From NCBI GenBank assembly GCA_040285855.1, contig JAUFOQ010000013.1, positions 1,240,001 to 1,304,000 of the forward strand: a stretch of DNA of 64,000 nt, given 5' to 3'. The position numbers and the translations under genes are program-made. The stretch's first letter is position 1. Each line of letters opens with the position of its first letter. The stretch comes from Eukaryota sp. GEM-RC1. Its lineage: Eukaryota. This document shows, piece by piece, positions 10,938 to 24,088 of the stretch. A model generated the notes under the pieces. It made no database searches, was not told the origin of the DNA, and was given only the letters and a program-made list of their open reading frames with translations.

Positions 10938-12329
10938 ATGCTACAAGAATCGTTGCTTGTACTGGTTCTATCACATCTTCCACTTCCACAGTTCTATAGA
11001 TTGGGTCTTGTCAGTTCTAACTTACGAAACAAACTTCTCAAATGCTGTCACCGTCTTGATGTTCTACACTTCGGCGATGTTGGTTATTTGGTACGTTACG
11101 GTGAAATGCCTCCAATCGTCCACCACTTTGAATATCTCAAGACTTTCTGTACTGAATGGGGCAACAATGGTGATCCTGACATCTCTCGTTGGTCTAATTT
11201 CACAAACTCCTTATCCTATCTTCCCGAAAAATGCTCTGTTTTGCTTGATGATCTCTCTTGTCCAATCCAACCTAATTTTGACGCCAGCCGTTTCCAACGT
11301 ATCAACTGCCGTCTTCCTCTTTCCGACGAATGCCTCAATACCACACTCTCTGATCATAATAGGAACATTGCCATACGTTTTCCTGATCTCAAATCTCTTT
11401 ATGATGACGGTCCTGGTCTAGGGGAAATTATTAGAGCCTTCAATAATTTTCTTTTGTGGATCAATCGCCAAAAGCTCACTGAAATCAAAACACTTTATCT
11501 CGAAATTGACCTACATGATTTAACTCACGACGTTATACATGAATACAATAAGTTCTCATGTCAATTATTTGAAATTTTGTCTGAAAATTCGAATATTCCT
11601 GATTTACGATTATTTTCTGACAATTTTCGCGTCTCTGCATATCTTCCGTCCTTTAAGAAACTCTCTAATCGATGTACCTCGTTCTCAACCTCAACTCGAG
11701 GTGCATTTGATGATGGCTTTAAATTCAGTGACATCCATGCTCTGAAGGACTGTTTCGACTCAACTTTTAAGGACACGGCACCACTTGAACTGTTACGACT
11801 GTACTTTTCCGTAACTGATTCTATCTCGTTATTCTTCAAATTGGGAGAGGTACGGGGGAATTTAATTGATGTTAGCCATACAAATCCTGGTCATTTTACT
11901 GATGATATTCCTTGTTTTAATGAGTTTATACGTCCGTTTGCTCGTTATTTCAAACTTGGTGCTGTTTATTTCGATGATGTTAAATTTCCAAGGTTTTTTG
12001 ACCGATTGCGGTTAGGAGCGATCACGTTTCAATCCTACTTTCCAAAACTTCATGAAGATATCATATATTTGCAGATTTATGAATCAGTTTATCATTTGTC
12101 TGATATTGTAGATATACTTTGTAAGTGCAAACGTTTAAAGACTCTCTATTTTCGTAACTGTGAATTGGAATTATCTGACCCGCCTAATCTAGAGTGTCTG
12201 CGACTGGCAAGGTCTCGCTTTCCTACAATCATTATTGATGACGTGAAGAATAGAATGCATCTTTTGTTGTTTCGGCAGCTCTTAAATGTGATTGTTCCCA
12301 CCAGTCAAAATTTCATAATTATAAAATAA
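10938..12329 (+). CDS. Protein with putative N-terminal F-box
   Basis: Long intact ORF; N-terminus LQESLLVLVLSHLPLPQFYRLGLVSSNLR fits the F-box pattern. Confidence 0.55.
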   Translation: MLQESLLVLVLSHLPLPQFYRLGLVSSNLRNKLLKCCHRLDVLHFGDVGYLVRYGEMPPIVHHFEYLKTFCTEWGNNGDPDISRWSNFTNSLSYLPEKCSVLLDDLSCPIQPNFDASRFQRINCRLPLSDECLNTTLSDHNRNIAIRFPDLKSLYDDGPGLGEIIRAFNNFLLWINRQKLTEIKTLYLEIDLHDLTHDVIHEYNKFSCQLFEILSENSNIPDLRLFSDNFRVSAYLPSFKKLSNRCTSFSTSTRGAFDDGFKFSDIHALKDCFDSTFKDTAPLELLRLYFSVTDSISLFFKLGEVRGNLIDVSHTNPGHFTDDIPCFNEFIRPFARYFKLGAVYFDDVKFPRFFDRLRLGAITFQSYFPKLHEDIIYLQIYESVYHLSDIVDILCKCKRLKTLYFRNCELELSDPPNLECLRLARSRFPTIIIDDVKNRMHLLLFRQLLNVIVPTSQNFIIIK

Positions 12330-12780
12330 CTGTATTTCTTAGTCTACGCATACACACAACGCCACTATCACAAAGTTCTGTCATTTGTTGGTTAACCCTA
12401 CTTTGTACAAACCTTCTTACTTTTTGGTATGTATTACATTTTGGAAATCTTTGATGTACTTCACTGATGCAACGACCATGGAATAAGTGTGATTCCCCAA
12501 TAGAATCTGTAACTCTTTGAGGGTATTGATTATGGTAGTGTTCAGTTCTTCTGCTTGTACTTTGAATACTAGTATGTAATAAACATGTTTTAAAAATTTC
12601 AATTTAAAAATCAACTATGGTGACTATACGGAAATTTGGTTCAGAAAAAGAAGGTGTCAGTGTTATTGTTATTATGCCTTGATGCACTGAAATTGGACAT
12701 GTTCATGGGCATGAAATGACCGTGAACTACGTGTACATTGTAGTTACACAAATAAATTTTTATAAAATTGAGTCGGTCAT

Positions 12781-14117
12781 CTAATGACAGAGTTCTAATG
12801 CAGCTTGGTGAATAACCTCAGGTGCTACATTCAGTTCACACATGGTGGCAAAGATCTTAAGGTATTGAAGCCCGTAATCTGATGGATATCCACAAGACTG
12901 TGTGAAGGATTCCACACTTTCTTGGAAACACTCATGATTAATACGAGTGTAGTACATTAGATCATTAACAGTGTACCCTGGGACAACAAGTTCAACCAAG
13001 GAAGAAAACAAAGTATCAACCCATGTACGTCTTTTGTCTTCAGCATCAATCAAAGCTTCAAGTCGGGTTCTTCTATCATGAGCAGTTTCATGAAGTAGTG
13101 CTTTTTGGAGAGAAATGAGTTTCACGTCATACGTGTTGAATGTTTCGCTTAACTGGGCATTTCGTATCGTTGAAGATCTCTTCACTGGGGTAATTTTATG
13201 TCCTAGAGCGGCAAAAAAAGTTCCGTAAAGGTTCTGAAGCGATTGAGATGTTACCATATTGTTGGGGATGAGAAGATCGGCCAGTAGCTTGCATGAAAAA
13301 CACCACTCTATCAAAGTGCTGTTGTAGAGAGAGATCAACACCTCTGTCGTCGATTTCTTCCATGTACGTAATGGAGAACAAATCTCCGAGATATGTTCCA
13401 ATAACAGAGTCATAATAGTATGCATAGGATGATTCGAAAGGGGTTGCTGCACTGACAGCATATACGTTCATTTTGGCCATTTCTGCGGACCAATCGACAT
13501 ACATGGATCCAGATTCGCATGCTTCGGTGTAGAAGACCATTTTGTTGTAGCGACGAGTCTTCCACATATACTCAACGGTCTTCTTTAGAGACTTGACATA
13601 CAAGTATCCTCCAGCTGGAAAAGCAACCAAACCAGGTGATCCTAGAATCAGTAGATTTTCAACAAAACATACCGTGATCGAAGAACAACCATGTGATGTT
13701 GTCTTCAGCGGTAGATTCAACGACACGTCCACTTCCGCCATGTACTTTGTCAGATTGACCAGACAATACAGCTCAAAAGTTGTCGGCTGTACAGTTTTCA
13801 CCAGTGTAATCCATAGGAATATCCTTGAAGTAGTTGATGTGCTCGGGGTTGTTATAGACTTTGCCTTTTTCTGGGTTTCTTGCGTTGGAGCTGATGTCAT
13901 TGTAATGCATAACGATCATATGCTTGTCTTGATAACCATTGTCGCGCAACATCTGAACGGCATGATAAACATCTATGATGATGAACTATGACGAGGACAT
14001 ACCAGCCTGATGACGATAATTAGAATATCCATTAGAGCCAGCAACAATTACTGCCCAGTTGCGGGGAGCAGAAAAGACCAGCGAAAAAATGCAAAACAGT
14101 ATGAGAAGGATTTGCAT
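12781..14117 (-). CDS. Legumain / C13 asparaginyl endopeptidase with signal peptide; two introns (13973-14002, 13642-13672), in-frame TGA at 13773-13775, homopolymer frameshift ~13215
   Basis: NWAVIVAGSNGYSNYRHQADVYH, DHG catalytic His, YTEACESGSM catalytic Cys, TYLGDLFS; introns GTATGT..TAG. Confidence 0.88.
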
Positions 14118-14399
14118 GAGGAAAAAGTCGTTTTCGATCGACTGGAGACAAAATGATCTTTAGTGAAGTTTCCTTCACGATTTCCTTCCAGAAATGAAAC
14201 ACAGCCATTTGGCTTCCGAAGGCTTCCAATGAGCTATAAACTCAGTAACACCGGATCATTTAAAGCGGCAAAATCGGTAAGTTCGACTGACTGTCATTTT
14301 GCTACAAACAGAAACCTTAAACGGACAGCTACATGAATTCTACACATGTTAGAAGTAGTGTAGATAGGATGATCTGAAAACGATCAGTTTTACCCAGTG

Positions 14400-14706
14400 C
14401 TGTCACGTAATTAAGGTAATTCTTAATTCAAAACTATCGTAAAAAATTCAATGCACTTTTTCCTTAGCGACCCTAGATGGAAACAGCAAAGGGCATAATT
14501 CGTATTCAACCTGTTTTACATGTTTTAGAGCCATCAATGTCTAAAGGGAAAGTTTCAGAGTAAGCATTCTTTAAAGATGTCTTTTTACAAACATCCACTG
14601 ACACTACATCAACAACATACAATTTGTCTGTAGAAGAAGGGACAACAACCTCTACGAACACAGAGCTTATGTAATCACTTGCTTTTCTGTTTCCAGAGAA
14701 TATCAA
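14400..14706 (-). mobile_element. Non-LTR retroelement RLE fragment
   Basis: VVVPSSTDKLYVVDVVSVDVCKK, same family as 2094-2901. Confidence 0.55.
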
Positions 14707-15199
14707 TTATCAATTGGTATACTCGTCGACTCGATCCGTTTGCTTTCCATCCGTTTGCTATTTCTCTTTAGGGAACGTTTGGCTTTTCCGAACAATTTTT
14801 TCACATCTTCCGGCAAATTGCTTATGTAGCGTGGAACAAAATTTGAATGAAAGTTTTTGGAGAGGAAGGATGTCTTCGAAGCACTGTTTCGGTATTTTGA
14901 TTCGATTTTGAACCGTGTCTTTTCTTTAGAAACTATTATATATGGAACAAAAACACTAAGATATACACAAATACTAGAACTCCGTGTCTTTGAAATGAGT
15001 TATGTAGGTGGTTTGATGTATAGAGATATTGGTATCTCCATTTATGAAATTGATGGCAGGTATTGCGTTTTACTGTATTTTATTGTATTGACGTTTCAAA
15101 TTTTCAGATAATAAATTATTGCAATTATTGCAAACAATGTTCCTTTGCACTTCAGTTATCAGTGTCATGTTACATTCTGGGTCATTTTTTGTCAAAAAG

Positions 15200-15650
15200 A
15201 ACAATTAACTATAACAACAAACATTATAACCTTCTTATCCTTCATGTTAATGTTACAACAGTAGATTCATGTGCTCAAACTTATGTTAACGGCTTAACTT
15301 CAAAGGGTTTCAACAACATAGAAACAGTCTAAAAACGTAAAATTGATTTCTATTCCAAAGATTTTGCTAAACTCAATGAAAATCTGCATTCGAAATTTGT
15401 ATCCGTTCCATTTGCTATTTCGTTTTTTTTGGTGGTATTGGTGAAATGGCTTGTCAGTTTTTAACTGGTTTTGGATCTATGTACAAGTCTCAGAATAAGA
15501 GAATTAACTTATCAATTTGGCAGGCCCGTTTCATTTTTTCTTTGTTCGGTTCGATGCCTAAGTTTTTGAATCAACTATCACCAGTTGTATAAGAACTGTG
15601 GTACTGTTGACCAGGTATTTTTTGTGTCCAGTGTTTTATAGCTTTATTAT
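15200..15650 (+). mobile_element. Retroelement 3' relic
   Basis: Homologous to 2961-3290, preceded by a VTTVD motif. Confidence 0.6.
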
Positions 15651-16323
15651 GATATGTATTTTTCTACCCTTCATCGATAAACTGTTTTTTGATTATAACA
15701 TAATTACTAATTTTTCAATGCTTCCATCAAAGTTCTACATTCCACAAATCTTTGTTGTAGTGGAGCAACAATTGTAAATATAACTTGACAGAACCAAGAG
15801 CAGGACGGTCCTCCTGTGCCGTCTTGTTCTTGACAACAATCTTGCAAGAAGGAATAAAATTAAGACATTAGTAAGAGATTTCCTGGATTGTAGCATCTTG
15901 TTGCTCAACTAGAGAAAAGAAAAATCACCTGAGATTTCTTTCGAAGTAAATGTGATGTAGAAGAAAAAATACTGTATTGTTTTTATTGTGAAAAATCAAC
16001 CATCAATTATTGCTGCTTATTTTATTGCAATTACTGACCTCAACAAGTATTTTTCGGAATCCCTGATTGATAATATTCTATATTCGTAACTGTAAACTTG
16101 CATGAGATTAATTTGTTTTTCATCAATTATTACTTTAGAAAGCCTGCAATTGAAGTAAATGGTAGAGTCAGCAACCTAGGAAGCATCTCGACGAATGATT
16201 ACAAACATACCAAGAAGCTTCTGCAGTCGTGTCGTGACTAGCTCTACAATTGTCAGATACATTGTCATTTGAGGGTGGTCCTAAATTAATAGAACGAATA
16301 CCAAAAATTTAACTTAGCTTGTA

Positions 16324-17066
16324 CAGTAAACTCTCTCTAATTGAAACGACTTGGTGAATGGAGTTTCGTGTCAATTACAGAGAGTTCCTATGAATCTACC
16401 CTAAACATCCACATTTATTCCAGAACATCAAATATGTGTTTGTGTGTGTGTGTTTTTCTCCGCACATAAATCCGTTTTTTCAAATATGTTATTAATTAGT
16501 CTGCAAGACCAAATTAACACGTCTGATCCACAAAACAACTACCATGAATGCTCGGACTTAAACAAATGTTATTAGCTTGTCTCAAATTAATCGTCCCGCT
16601 TTTTAAAATAGACTTTTACTTAATATCGACAGTCCTCATTATATAATTAATTCTCAAACAATGATTGAGTTCTTTTTTTTGAGGAAAGGTTTTGCAGTTA
16701 CAGTTTCTGTATTTTCATCATCTTCAAAATATTGACGAGCATGCTTTTGTATTTGACTTTTGGTTGATGTAAAAGTACTGTGTACGGTATATTGAAGTTG
16801 ATGATGAGAAAAACCAGAAGAGTACTGTAGGATTTATGAAAAACAACAACGTTTTCCTCTGTCTCCACACTAACATCAATATATGGTAGCTAGCTATAGA
16901 TGCGACACCCAGAATACAGCATAACGTTGACTTCAATGTTTCAATTAGGTCTCAAAAAGTGTTTCAATTGTTTCAATTTGGTATTGTTTTACTCGGTGGC
17001 ATGGGTTTTTGTTGCAATTTCAGAGAGTTTTCAATTACAGAGGTTGCAATTAGAGAGAGTTTACTG
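16324..17066. mobile_element. pogo/Tigger-like (Tc1-mariner) MITE, 743 bp
   Basis: Perfect 20-bp TIR CAGTAAACTCTCTCTAATTG (16324-16343 and 17047-17066), TA on both flanks, subterminal caatt.cagagag repeats. Confidence 0.9.
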
Positions 17067-17129
17067 TACATGTATTTTGAATTCTACTGAATTGAAATCC
17101 TGTTCTCTTTGTTGGTCGTACATACTAGT

Positions 17130-18223
17130 ATGCCTTCCAACATCTCCCAAATTGCTACTTATCCGCGAGTTGTTGTCAACTTAAAACACATTCTTCGTAA
17201 CTGTCAAGTTTTAGGCCAAGCCGCTTCAAAACTTTCAATCAATCTCTGCGCAGTTACCAAAGGAGTATGCGCTGAACTCCCTATCTGCGAAACATTTGTT
17301 GAGTCTGGTATTTCAGTTCTGGGGGATTCTCGACTTATAAATCTTCAGAAACTTCGTCATCATTTTGGAAAACAGGTTAAACTCATGTTACTGCGCTTAC
17401 CTGCACTCTCTGAGATTGACTCGGTTGTGCGGATTTGTGACTACTCGCTGGTTTCTGAAAAGTCTACATTACAAGCCCTTAATAATACTGCTCACACGCT
17501 AGGTACAACTCATTCTGTAATAATCATGATAGAAATGGGTGACAGACGAGAAGGAACTCCACTCAAACATCTACACTCACTAGTTAAGTTCACCCTAGCA
17601 TCTCTCTCTAACATCAAAGTGATTGGAATAGGAACAAATCTGTCATGCTTGAATGGTGTGGTTGTGTCTCCGACGAAGGTACAGGAATTGCTTTCAGTTC
17701 GTAAGAAACTGAATGATGAGTTTGGTTTGGACCTGCTGTGTTCGGCATGTAATTCGGCGGGTATAGACCTCCTCTCATCCAATGGACTGTATGGAGTAGA
17801 CCAATTGCGTTTGGGTTCTGCTCTGTTGTTGGGATTAGCAACGGGGGTAAACCGTCAGCTTCGTTGGATTTGTCCACAAAGACCATGATTTTACAGGCAG
17901 AGATCATTGAGCTTCAAGTTAAGCCTTCATTTCCAGATGGAGAAATTGGACCCAATGCATTTGGTGTAAAGCAAGTTCCCAAAGATATAGGTGATCGGAC
18001 GCGGGCAATTATTGCGATTGGAAAGCAGGATTGTGTTTATGAACAGCTCTTTCCCGTAGATTCAGGAATAGTTATCGTCGGAGCTAGCTCTGACCATTTA
18101 GTTGTAGATGTTACCTCATCAAAGATAACTTATAGCGTAGGAGACATTGTGAACTTTCACTTTGCTTATGGAGCAATGCTAAGTTTGTTCACTTCACCCT
18201 ATGTTGAGAAGGTATATCTCTAA
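17130..18223 (+). CDS. PLP-dependent alanine/ornithine racemase family (Orr/YhfX-like); frameshift ~17865
   Basis: AVTKGVCA (PLP lysine), GDSRL.NL, EMGDRREG, GIGTNLSC, AEIIELQVKPS, AIIAIGKQD, GASSDHLVVD, TSPYVEKVYL. Confidence 0.85.
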
Positions 18224-18526
18224 TTTTAACAACTGTTGTTTCTTCATTTCCATGTACATGGAATGAATATGAGATCGTTTTTACATGGACCATGATCTAG
18301 TCTTAAGCAGCTCCTACTTACTAATAAGTGTGTTGACTTTTTATGTGCTATAAACGAATGTATCATTATAGCAAGAACTTATGAGTGTAAAATATATGGA
18401 TTTCTGTTTTAATGTAATGTAAAAGAAAAACGCCGTCCATTTACACATACATATAAAGATCATCATCAATTTTTCAATATATTTCTTCATTCCATTCAAA
18501 CTTTTTATGTATATAATATATATAGT

Positions 18527-19125
18527 CTAAAACTCAATATGATCATAGCAAGATTCCTTAGAATCGAACCTTGTTGAACCTTTGTCTTCATAATGCACTC
18601 TGGCGGATAATAACGCTTTCGAAATCATTGTGGGAACTGCTTTTAGAATTGTAAAGACAATTGTATTCTGCCAAAGAAGAGCGGTCAAATATTTTGTTGG
18701 TTCTATGAGCAACAACCTTTGCAAAATCATCTAAGAACTTCATGGCTAATTTACCCAAACGACCATACATAGAAATCGCAAAAGGGACAAGTGAATATTC
18801 GACATGAACAATGTATTTCAGATCTTCGAGTGGATCAGCATACTTTCTTTGTTTGAAATTTTCTGCAATGTCTATAGTTGATACTTCTTTTGTATCCAAT
18901 TTGTCACTTTTCTTGCAAACATCCACTGAAACAACATCAATCACTGTTAATGATTGAGAAGAAGAAGGTATAACAAGGTCAGCACGTCTTTGTCCAAAAG
19001 TATTTTTTTGGTTGGTTGATTGATGTCAAGAGATCTAACGGTTCAATGAATGATTCAATTTTGTAAGATTTGCACATAGCATGTTGTTGATCTCTTACTG
19101 GGTTATGCATAGAAGATCGGTAGAT
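18527..19125 (-). mobile_element. Non-LTR retroelement RLE 3' relic
   Basis: MCKSYKIESFIEP, GQRRADLVIP, VIDVVSVDVCKK, PFAISMYGRLG, ending ..HIEF* like the other copies. Confidence 0.7.
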
Positions 19126-19815
19126 CTTTTATTTAGATCATCATCAATATTAACAAAAGAGATAACAATACCTCTACATCATCTCAAATTCATGTCTCAG
19201 TCCAAAGAGACGGTTCAAAGTGAAATCAAAATACCTAAACATGCTTTGGTTCTATAAAAGAAGAGAATTTGTCTTTTTTCACGCAAATGTTTTACTGCAA
19301 TAATTAGGTCTTGCTAAAAAGATAATACAACAATCGGAAAACTACTCTTTCAAAAAGCAATATCCTCAAAATCTCTTTTGCCTACAGATAGGAAGGCCGA
19401 AATCTTCTCTTGGCAATAGTCTCCTAAAGAAATCAGACTTTTTCAGTATCTGAGAAACAGCCTTGAAAACAGAAAATATCAATCTGCCGGTCCAATGACA
19501 TTGATTGAAAGACTTGGCAACACTGTTTAACCACGCCGTCAAATTCTTGTAACAATTTCATGGCTATTAGACCAAAGAGCCAAAAAGAGAAACAGCAAAG
19601 GTACAGAAAATGTACGAAAAGATGTTTTAATTCATGTTCTTTAAGTTCTTCACCTCTGCTTTATACTTCCAAGTTAAATATTAATCAAATACAACCATTC
19701 CAAGACGTGAAAATACAAAACAAGCAATACAACAACCTTAAAACATGATTCTATTAAATTCGCCAAATATAAATTGGAAGTAGAAAACAAAATACATTTA
19801 TCGCCGATATTAACA

Positions 19816-21074
19816 TCAAAAGTCTTCAAAAAATTTCTGAACTTCAGCGGGAAGATCAGTTTCCAAATCTTCCTCGGGTTCTCCATAGTTTTCAAACAAA
19901 TGGTCATCCCCAGGACCAGTAACACGTGGAAGTATCGGGGCCGGTATTGTTTTAGTTATTACAGCATTCCAATCAATTCCTCTAAAAAACTTGTGATTCA
20001 TAATATCTCGAACGCCATTCCGCAGATTCCCTAACCTTCTACTTTTGTCCTGTGTCAGGAGCCGTTTTATTAGATCTCGAGTAACTGGATCCACGTGTCG
20101 AGGGAATGACAGTTTGTTGGAGAGAATGGATTCGTATATAGCATAAGGAGTTTTGCCAGTGTAGGGAGGATAACCTGCTAACATCTCATATATCAAAATT
20201 CCTAAAGCCCACCAGTCTACACTGTGATTGTGACCCTTGTGGAGGATAATCTCAGGCGCTAAATATTCTGGAGTACCACATAATCTAAGGTAAGTATGGA
20301 ACGGTGCATCAAACATACGTCCAGGTTCGATCATTTACAATCTTCATGAAACCAAAATCACAGATCTTGAGATAGCCTTGTGAATCAAGTAGTAGATTCT
20401 GTAGTGAGATAAAGAAATGACACATACTTCAGGTTTGAGATCTCTGTAACAGATACCATGTTTGTGTAGGTGATCCAAGGCAAGTACCAGTTGGGCAGCA
20501 TAGAACTTGGAGGTTTCTAGGGGAAAACGCTTTTGTTTCCGCAGATAGAGAAAGAGCTCGCCTGAGATGAATATGATATAAATAGACATACCTCCATTAA
20601 CAAACTCCATAACTACGTGAATTAGGTACGGATCTTGATATGTCCCTAGGCAATTTACAATGAAGGGATGGTGAATCGAGGTCAAGATACGTTTTTCGTT
20701 TAGTACATGAGAAAGCTGTTTCAGTTTGACTAGATGCGACTTCTTCATGGATTTGATGGCGACAAAGCGATTCGCAGTCATATATTTGGCGATTCGCACC
20801 GTTGCAAAGACCCCGTGCCGATGACACGGCGGAAGTCAAAATCTTCGTGGCTTAAGCAGTCTGTGTCTGTCCCCGAAGAATGTCTCTCGTATGAGAAGTT
20901 TTCAAATGGATCAGCTGTGGAATCCTCATCGTTCTGAAAATTGGTGTTAACGCTAGAATGGGAGTAACTTGAGATTTGAAGGTAAGGAGAAGCCGATTGG
21001 AAAGGTTTTAAAGCTGGTTGTGGTAAGTCATTGGAGGAGCTTCCAGCAAAAGAGAGCCTCGGTATTAGCGACAT
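19816..21074 (-). CDS. cAMP-dependent protein kinase catalytic subunit (PKA-C/PRKX-like); introns 20562-20591, 20399-20427, 20285-20318
   Basis: [50 protein letters not shown]-terminal FEDF. Confidence 0.92.
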
Positions 21075-21752
21075 TCAATCAGGCGACAGTGAGCCAAGTT
21101 TCAAAGGCAATTTGTGTTTAATTTGGAACCAACCTGGGGTCACCTCCCCTCTCCTTTATCATATAACTCCATCTTTTGCTTCTAAACAACTTTTTTTTTG
21201 ATGGGAAAATTGTTCTCAAACAACTGACGTTTCTTTGATGATGGTTTATTAAAGTTCTTGTGTCTATCTGCTTTATTTACTTACTGCTGAACTCCTTACG
21301 CTGTTGGGCTTCTTCTTCAGTTACCCCCTCTGTTCTTCTGACGACTCGTTCAAGTGGTTGTCTTTTCACACTTTCTCTTGCAACGGGTTGCATAACTAGT
21401 TCTTCTGATTGGACTGTTGGACCAGTCGGTGATTCTTCACTCCAGTTTCCTACGTCAATCTCTCTGCAAACTGTTCCTCTTTCAGTTTCTCTTCGTGGTT
21501 CGCAGACAAGATGGGAGCGTCGTTCAGGTTCACAGACTGTTCTACAAGTCTCACCAGTTGATTGTACTCGATGTTCAAAGTGCTCACGTTCTCCACTTGA
21601 CAGGGATTGTCTTATTTCGTGAGCGGTTCTGGGCTTTCTGTTCTCCATTTGAGCTAGTTTTTATTGTTGTTTGACAACTCTTCTTTTTGTATTTGGGTAG
21701 TAGATATCTTTTTTCTGCGGATTTCTTACAACTCAAGTGTTATGTATATGTA

Positions 21753-21859
21753 AGATTCATTGCATCTAATCCTGTTGAAAATATTAAACGATATCAAATT
21801 GGAAAAGTATATAGAAGAGACCAACAATGTGATTTTGATATAGCTGGAAAATATGCTCC
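21753..21859 (+). pseudogene. Histidyl-tRNA synthetase fragment with internal deletion
   Basis: [32 protein letters not shown]; the usual ..GRxREF.. segment between RRD and QCDFDIAG is missing. Confidence 0.7.
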
Positions 21860-22316
21860 AAATACATCTTTTTGAAATCTTCTAAATTCGTTATACACAT
21901 GTCAGATTCTCATATTTTTGAATCTAAAATGCAGGTCACAAAAGTTAATACAGTTTGCCACTTAGGTTTCTTACTGCTTGAAATTTGATAGTGATGGACA
22001 AGTGTTAGTTTCTGTAATATATTCCATCAAATACAAAGCGATTAAAACTATTGTATTTATCAAACAAATATTGAAGTTTTCATTCTTTACTCTGACAGAG
22101 TGTTCATGTAAAATGAATGAAGGTCTTAAGCAACACTAGGAGTTATACAAATTGATATAATCCACAAGTACACGTACGACTGCATGTTTGTGGTAAACAA
22201 TTTCCGTATTTTTACAATTAACGAAAGCACAGCCAGCAAGCCACAGCATTGAGCAAATACAGTCCGCTTTTTTTGTACTGTTAAATAAACTCAATTCTCC
22301 TCGAACACAATGTGTC

Positions 22317-23333
22317 ATGTCGGATTTTGAACAACAACTTGCACAGTTCCGCAAACATCTCGATAAAGTCAAAGCAATTCATGGACCATCTCCTATTCCT
22401 GAATCGCCACGTATTCTTCCTCTTCGACCACCTCCACGGCCGTCTAACGGTCTTCCAGAATTAGCTTCCAGTAACAATGACTCTCCTTTTCTTGTTTCTC
22501 CTAAATCACAATCTCTCACTACTTCTAGTCCTTCTACTCAACAACTTCTGATCCAAAATAATGAGTTACGTACAGAACTTAACCATTACAAGTCCATTCT
22601 CAACAAATCTCCTCGCATTAATGATTCTGAAGTCATTAGTAAACTCAAGGAGAAGCTATCTTCTGAAATGTCAGAAAATGCGTTCCTTTACGATAAAGTC
22701 AAGAAACTTGAAGACTACAAGACCTCGACTGAATCCCAACTCCTTCTACTTTCCTCCCTACAACACAGTGTTTCTGCTGAGTCAAGTCTAACTAAACAAT
22801 TGGAATTGACTCAGAATCAGTTAAAACATTACAAAGTTCTTGTTGATAAACTCTCTAAGGAAAAAGAAGATCTCAGCCAATCAAACGTATTGCTGACGTG
22901 TCAACTTTCAGAGACTTCTCATGAAGTCAAGAGAGTGCAAAAGCTGGCAGAGAACTCTACTTCTGATTTGTGTAACCAGATCAATGACCTTAAACGAGAA
23001 GTTCTTTTAAAAACTGAAGAAATCGGGTCTTTGAACTCTAAAATCCTCTCGTTATACACCCAGATCAACACTTCTACTGACTCACCTGAACCACCTGCCA
23101 TGTCACCTACAGAGGAGGTGACGTCATCACCCTGCCACGTCACTAAGTCTTTTGCCACGTCACCACTCCCAAGCTCTTCCACTTTAGATTCTCCTTTTAT
23201 CAAAACTAGTACCCGATCAGCTCCGATCCTTGTTGATTTTGCTGTTCAAGTTAACACAGTTGATGTTCTTCGTGAGGTTGATAATCCAGTATTTGGCAAA
23301 CTGCATATATTAAAAGCCAATGTAATATATTAA
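22317..23333 (+). CDS. Coiled-coil hypothetical protein
   Basis: 338-aa ORF, heptad-rich centre, S/P-rich ends. Confidence 0.6.
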   Translation: MSDFEQQLAQFRKHLDKVKAIHGPSPIPESPRILPLRPPPRPSNGLPELASSNNDSPFLVSPKSQSLTTSSPSTQQLLIQNNELRTELNHYKSILNKSPRINDSEVISKLKEKLSSEMSENAFLYDKVKKLEDYKTSTESQLLLLSSLQHSVSAESSLTKQLELTQNQLKHYKVLVDKLSKEKEDLSQSNVLLTCQLSETSHEVKRVQKLAENSTSDLCNQINDLKREVLLKTEEIGSLNSKILSLYTQINTSTDSPEPPAMSPTEEVTSSPCHVTKSFATSPLPSSSTLDSPFIKTSTRSAPILVDFAVQVNTVDVLREVDNPVFGKLHILKANVIY

Positions 23334-23356
23334 TTTATTTATTTCTATTGTATTAT

Positions 23357-23988
23357 CTATTCCGCCATCACTTCAAACCCCGCTTCAAGAATCAGAATGG
23401 TACCATCATGACAACTCAAATCACAAAGTTCTATCCACGGGGGTTAATTCGAAGCAGAACCCCGGGTTCCGAGGGAAGATGCTGGACGAAATTGATTGGA
23501 ACGATGACGTCATAGGTTGTTTCGTTTCCCTGCACCTCAATAATTGTAACACCGTAGACTACTCTACTAGATGTAAACCGAACAAAGATTGGATCTGGAA
23601 CTTCTTGAGATTGTCTCTGTATATCACTAAGAGAGTTCTCCTTCACTGCAATCTGCTGCATTCGACGTAGGGAAAGTAGGGATGAGACTAGGGGACCAGG
23701 GGTTTTCTTAGAAGTATTACGTCGTTTTCTTGAAGTAGGGGTATGAGTGATTGAGGGTTGGAATGAGGAAGGAAGTGATGAAGTTGGGGTTAGACTGGGG
23801 AAGGATCCTGTTATTTCTGTTGATAAATTGTCTTCAGATTCAGTGTTTGAGTCTATAGGATCCAGGACGTTTTGTTCCAAGTATAGAGGTCTAGGTTTTT
23901 TAGAGGGAGGGATAACGACTTCATGTATTGTTTCACGGGTTATGGTTTCCTGTGGTGCAGTCTTTTTGAAAGGATTTGTCCAAGACAT
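23357..23988 (-). CDS. Hypothetical protein, weakly SPIDR-like; frameshift in C-run ~23440
   Basis: GPLVSSLLSLRR... and LLRINPPW.EL after correcting one indel; resemblance judged by eye only. Confidence 0.4.
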
Positions 23989-24088
23989 GGCAACATTTAG
24001 TCAGACTCTGAACTACAAGCAACTAACTATAGAGTTTAGTCCAATAGAAATTTTAGACCAAAGATCTGAATTCGTTTTGTTCTCGTAG

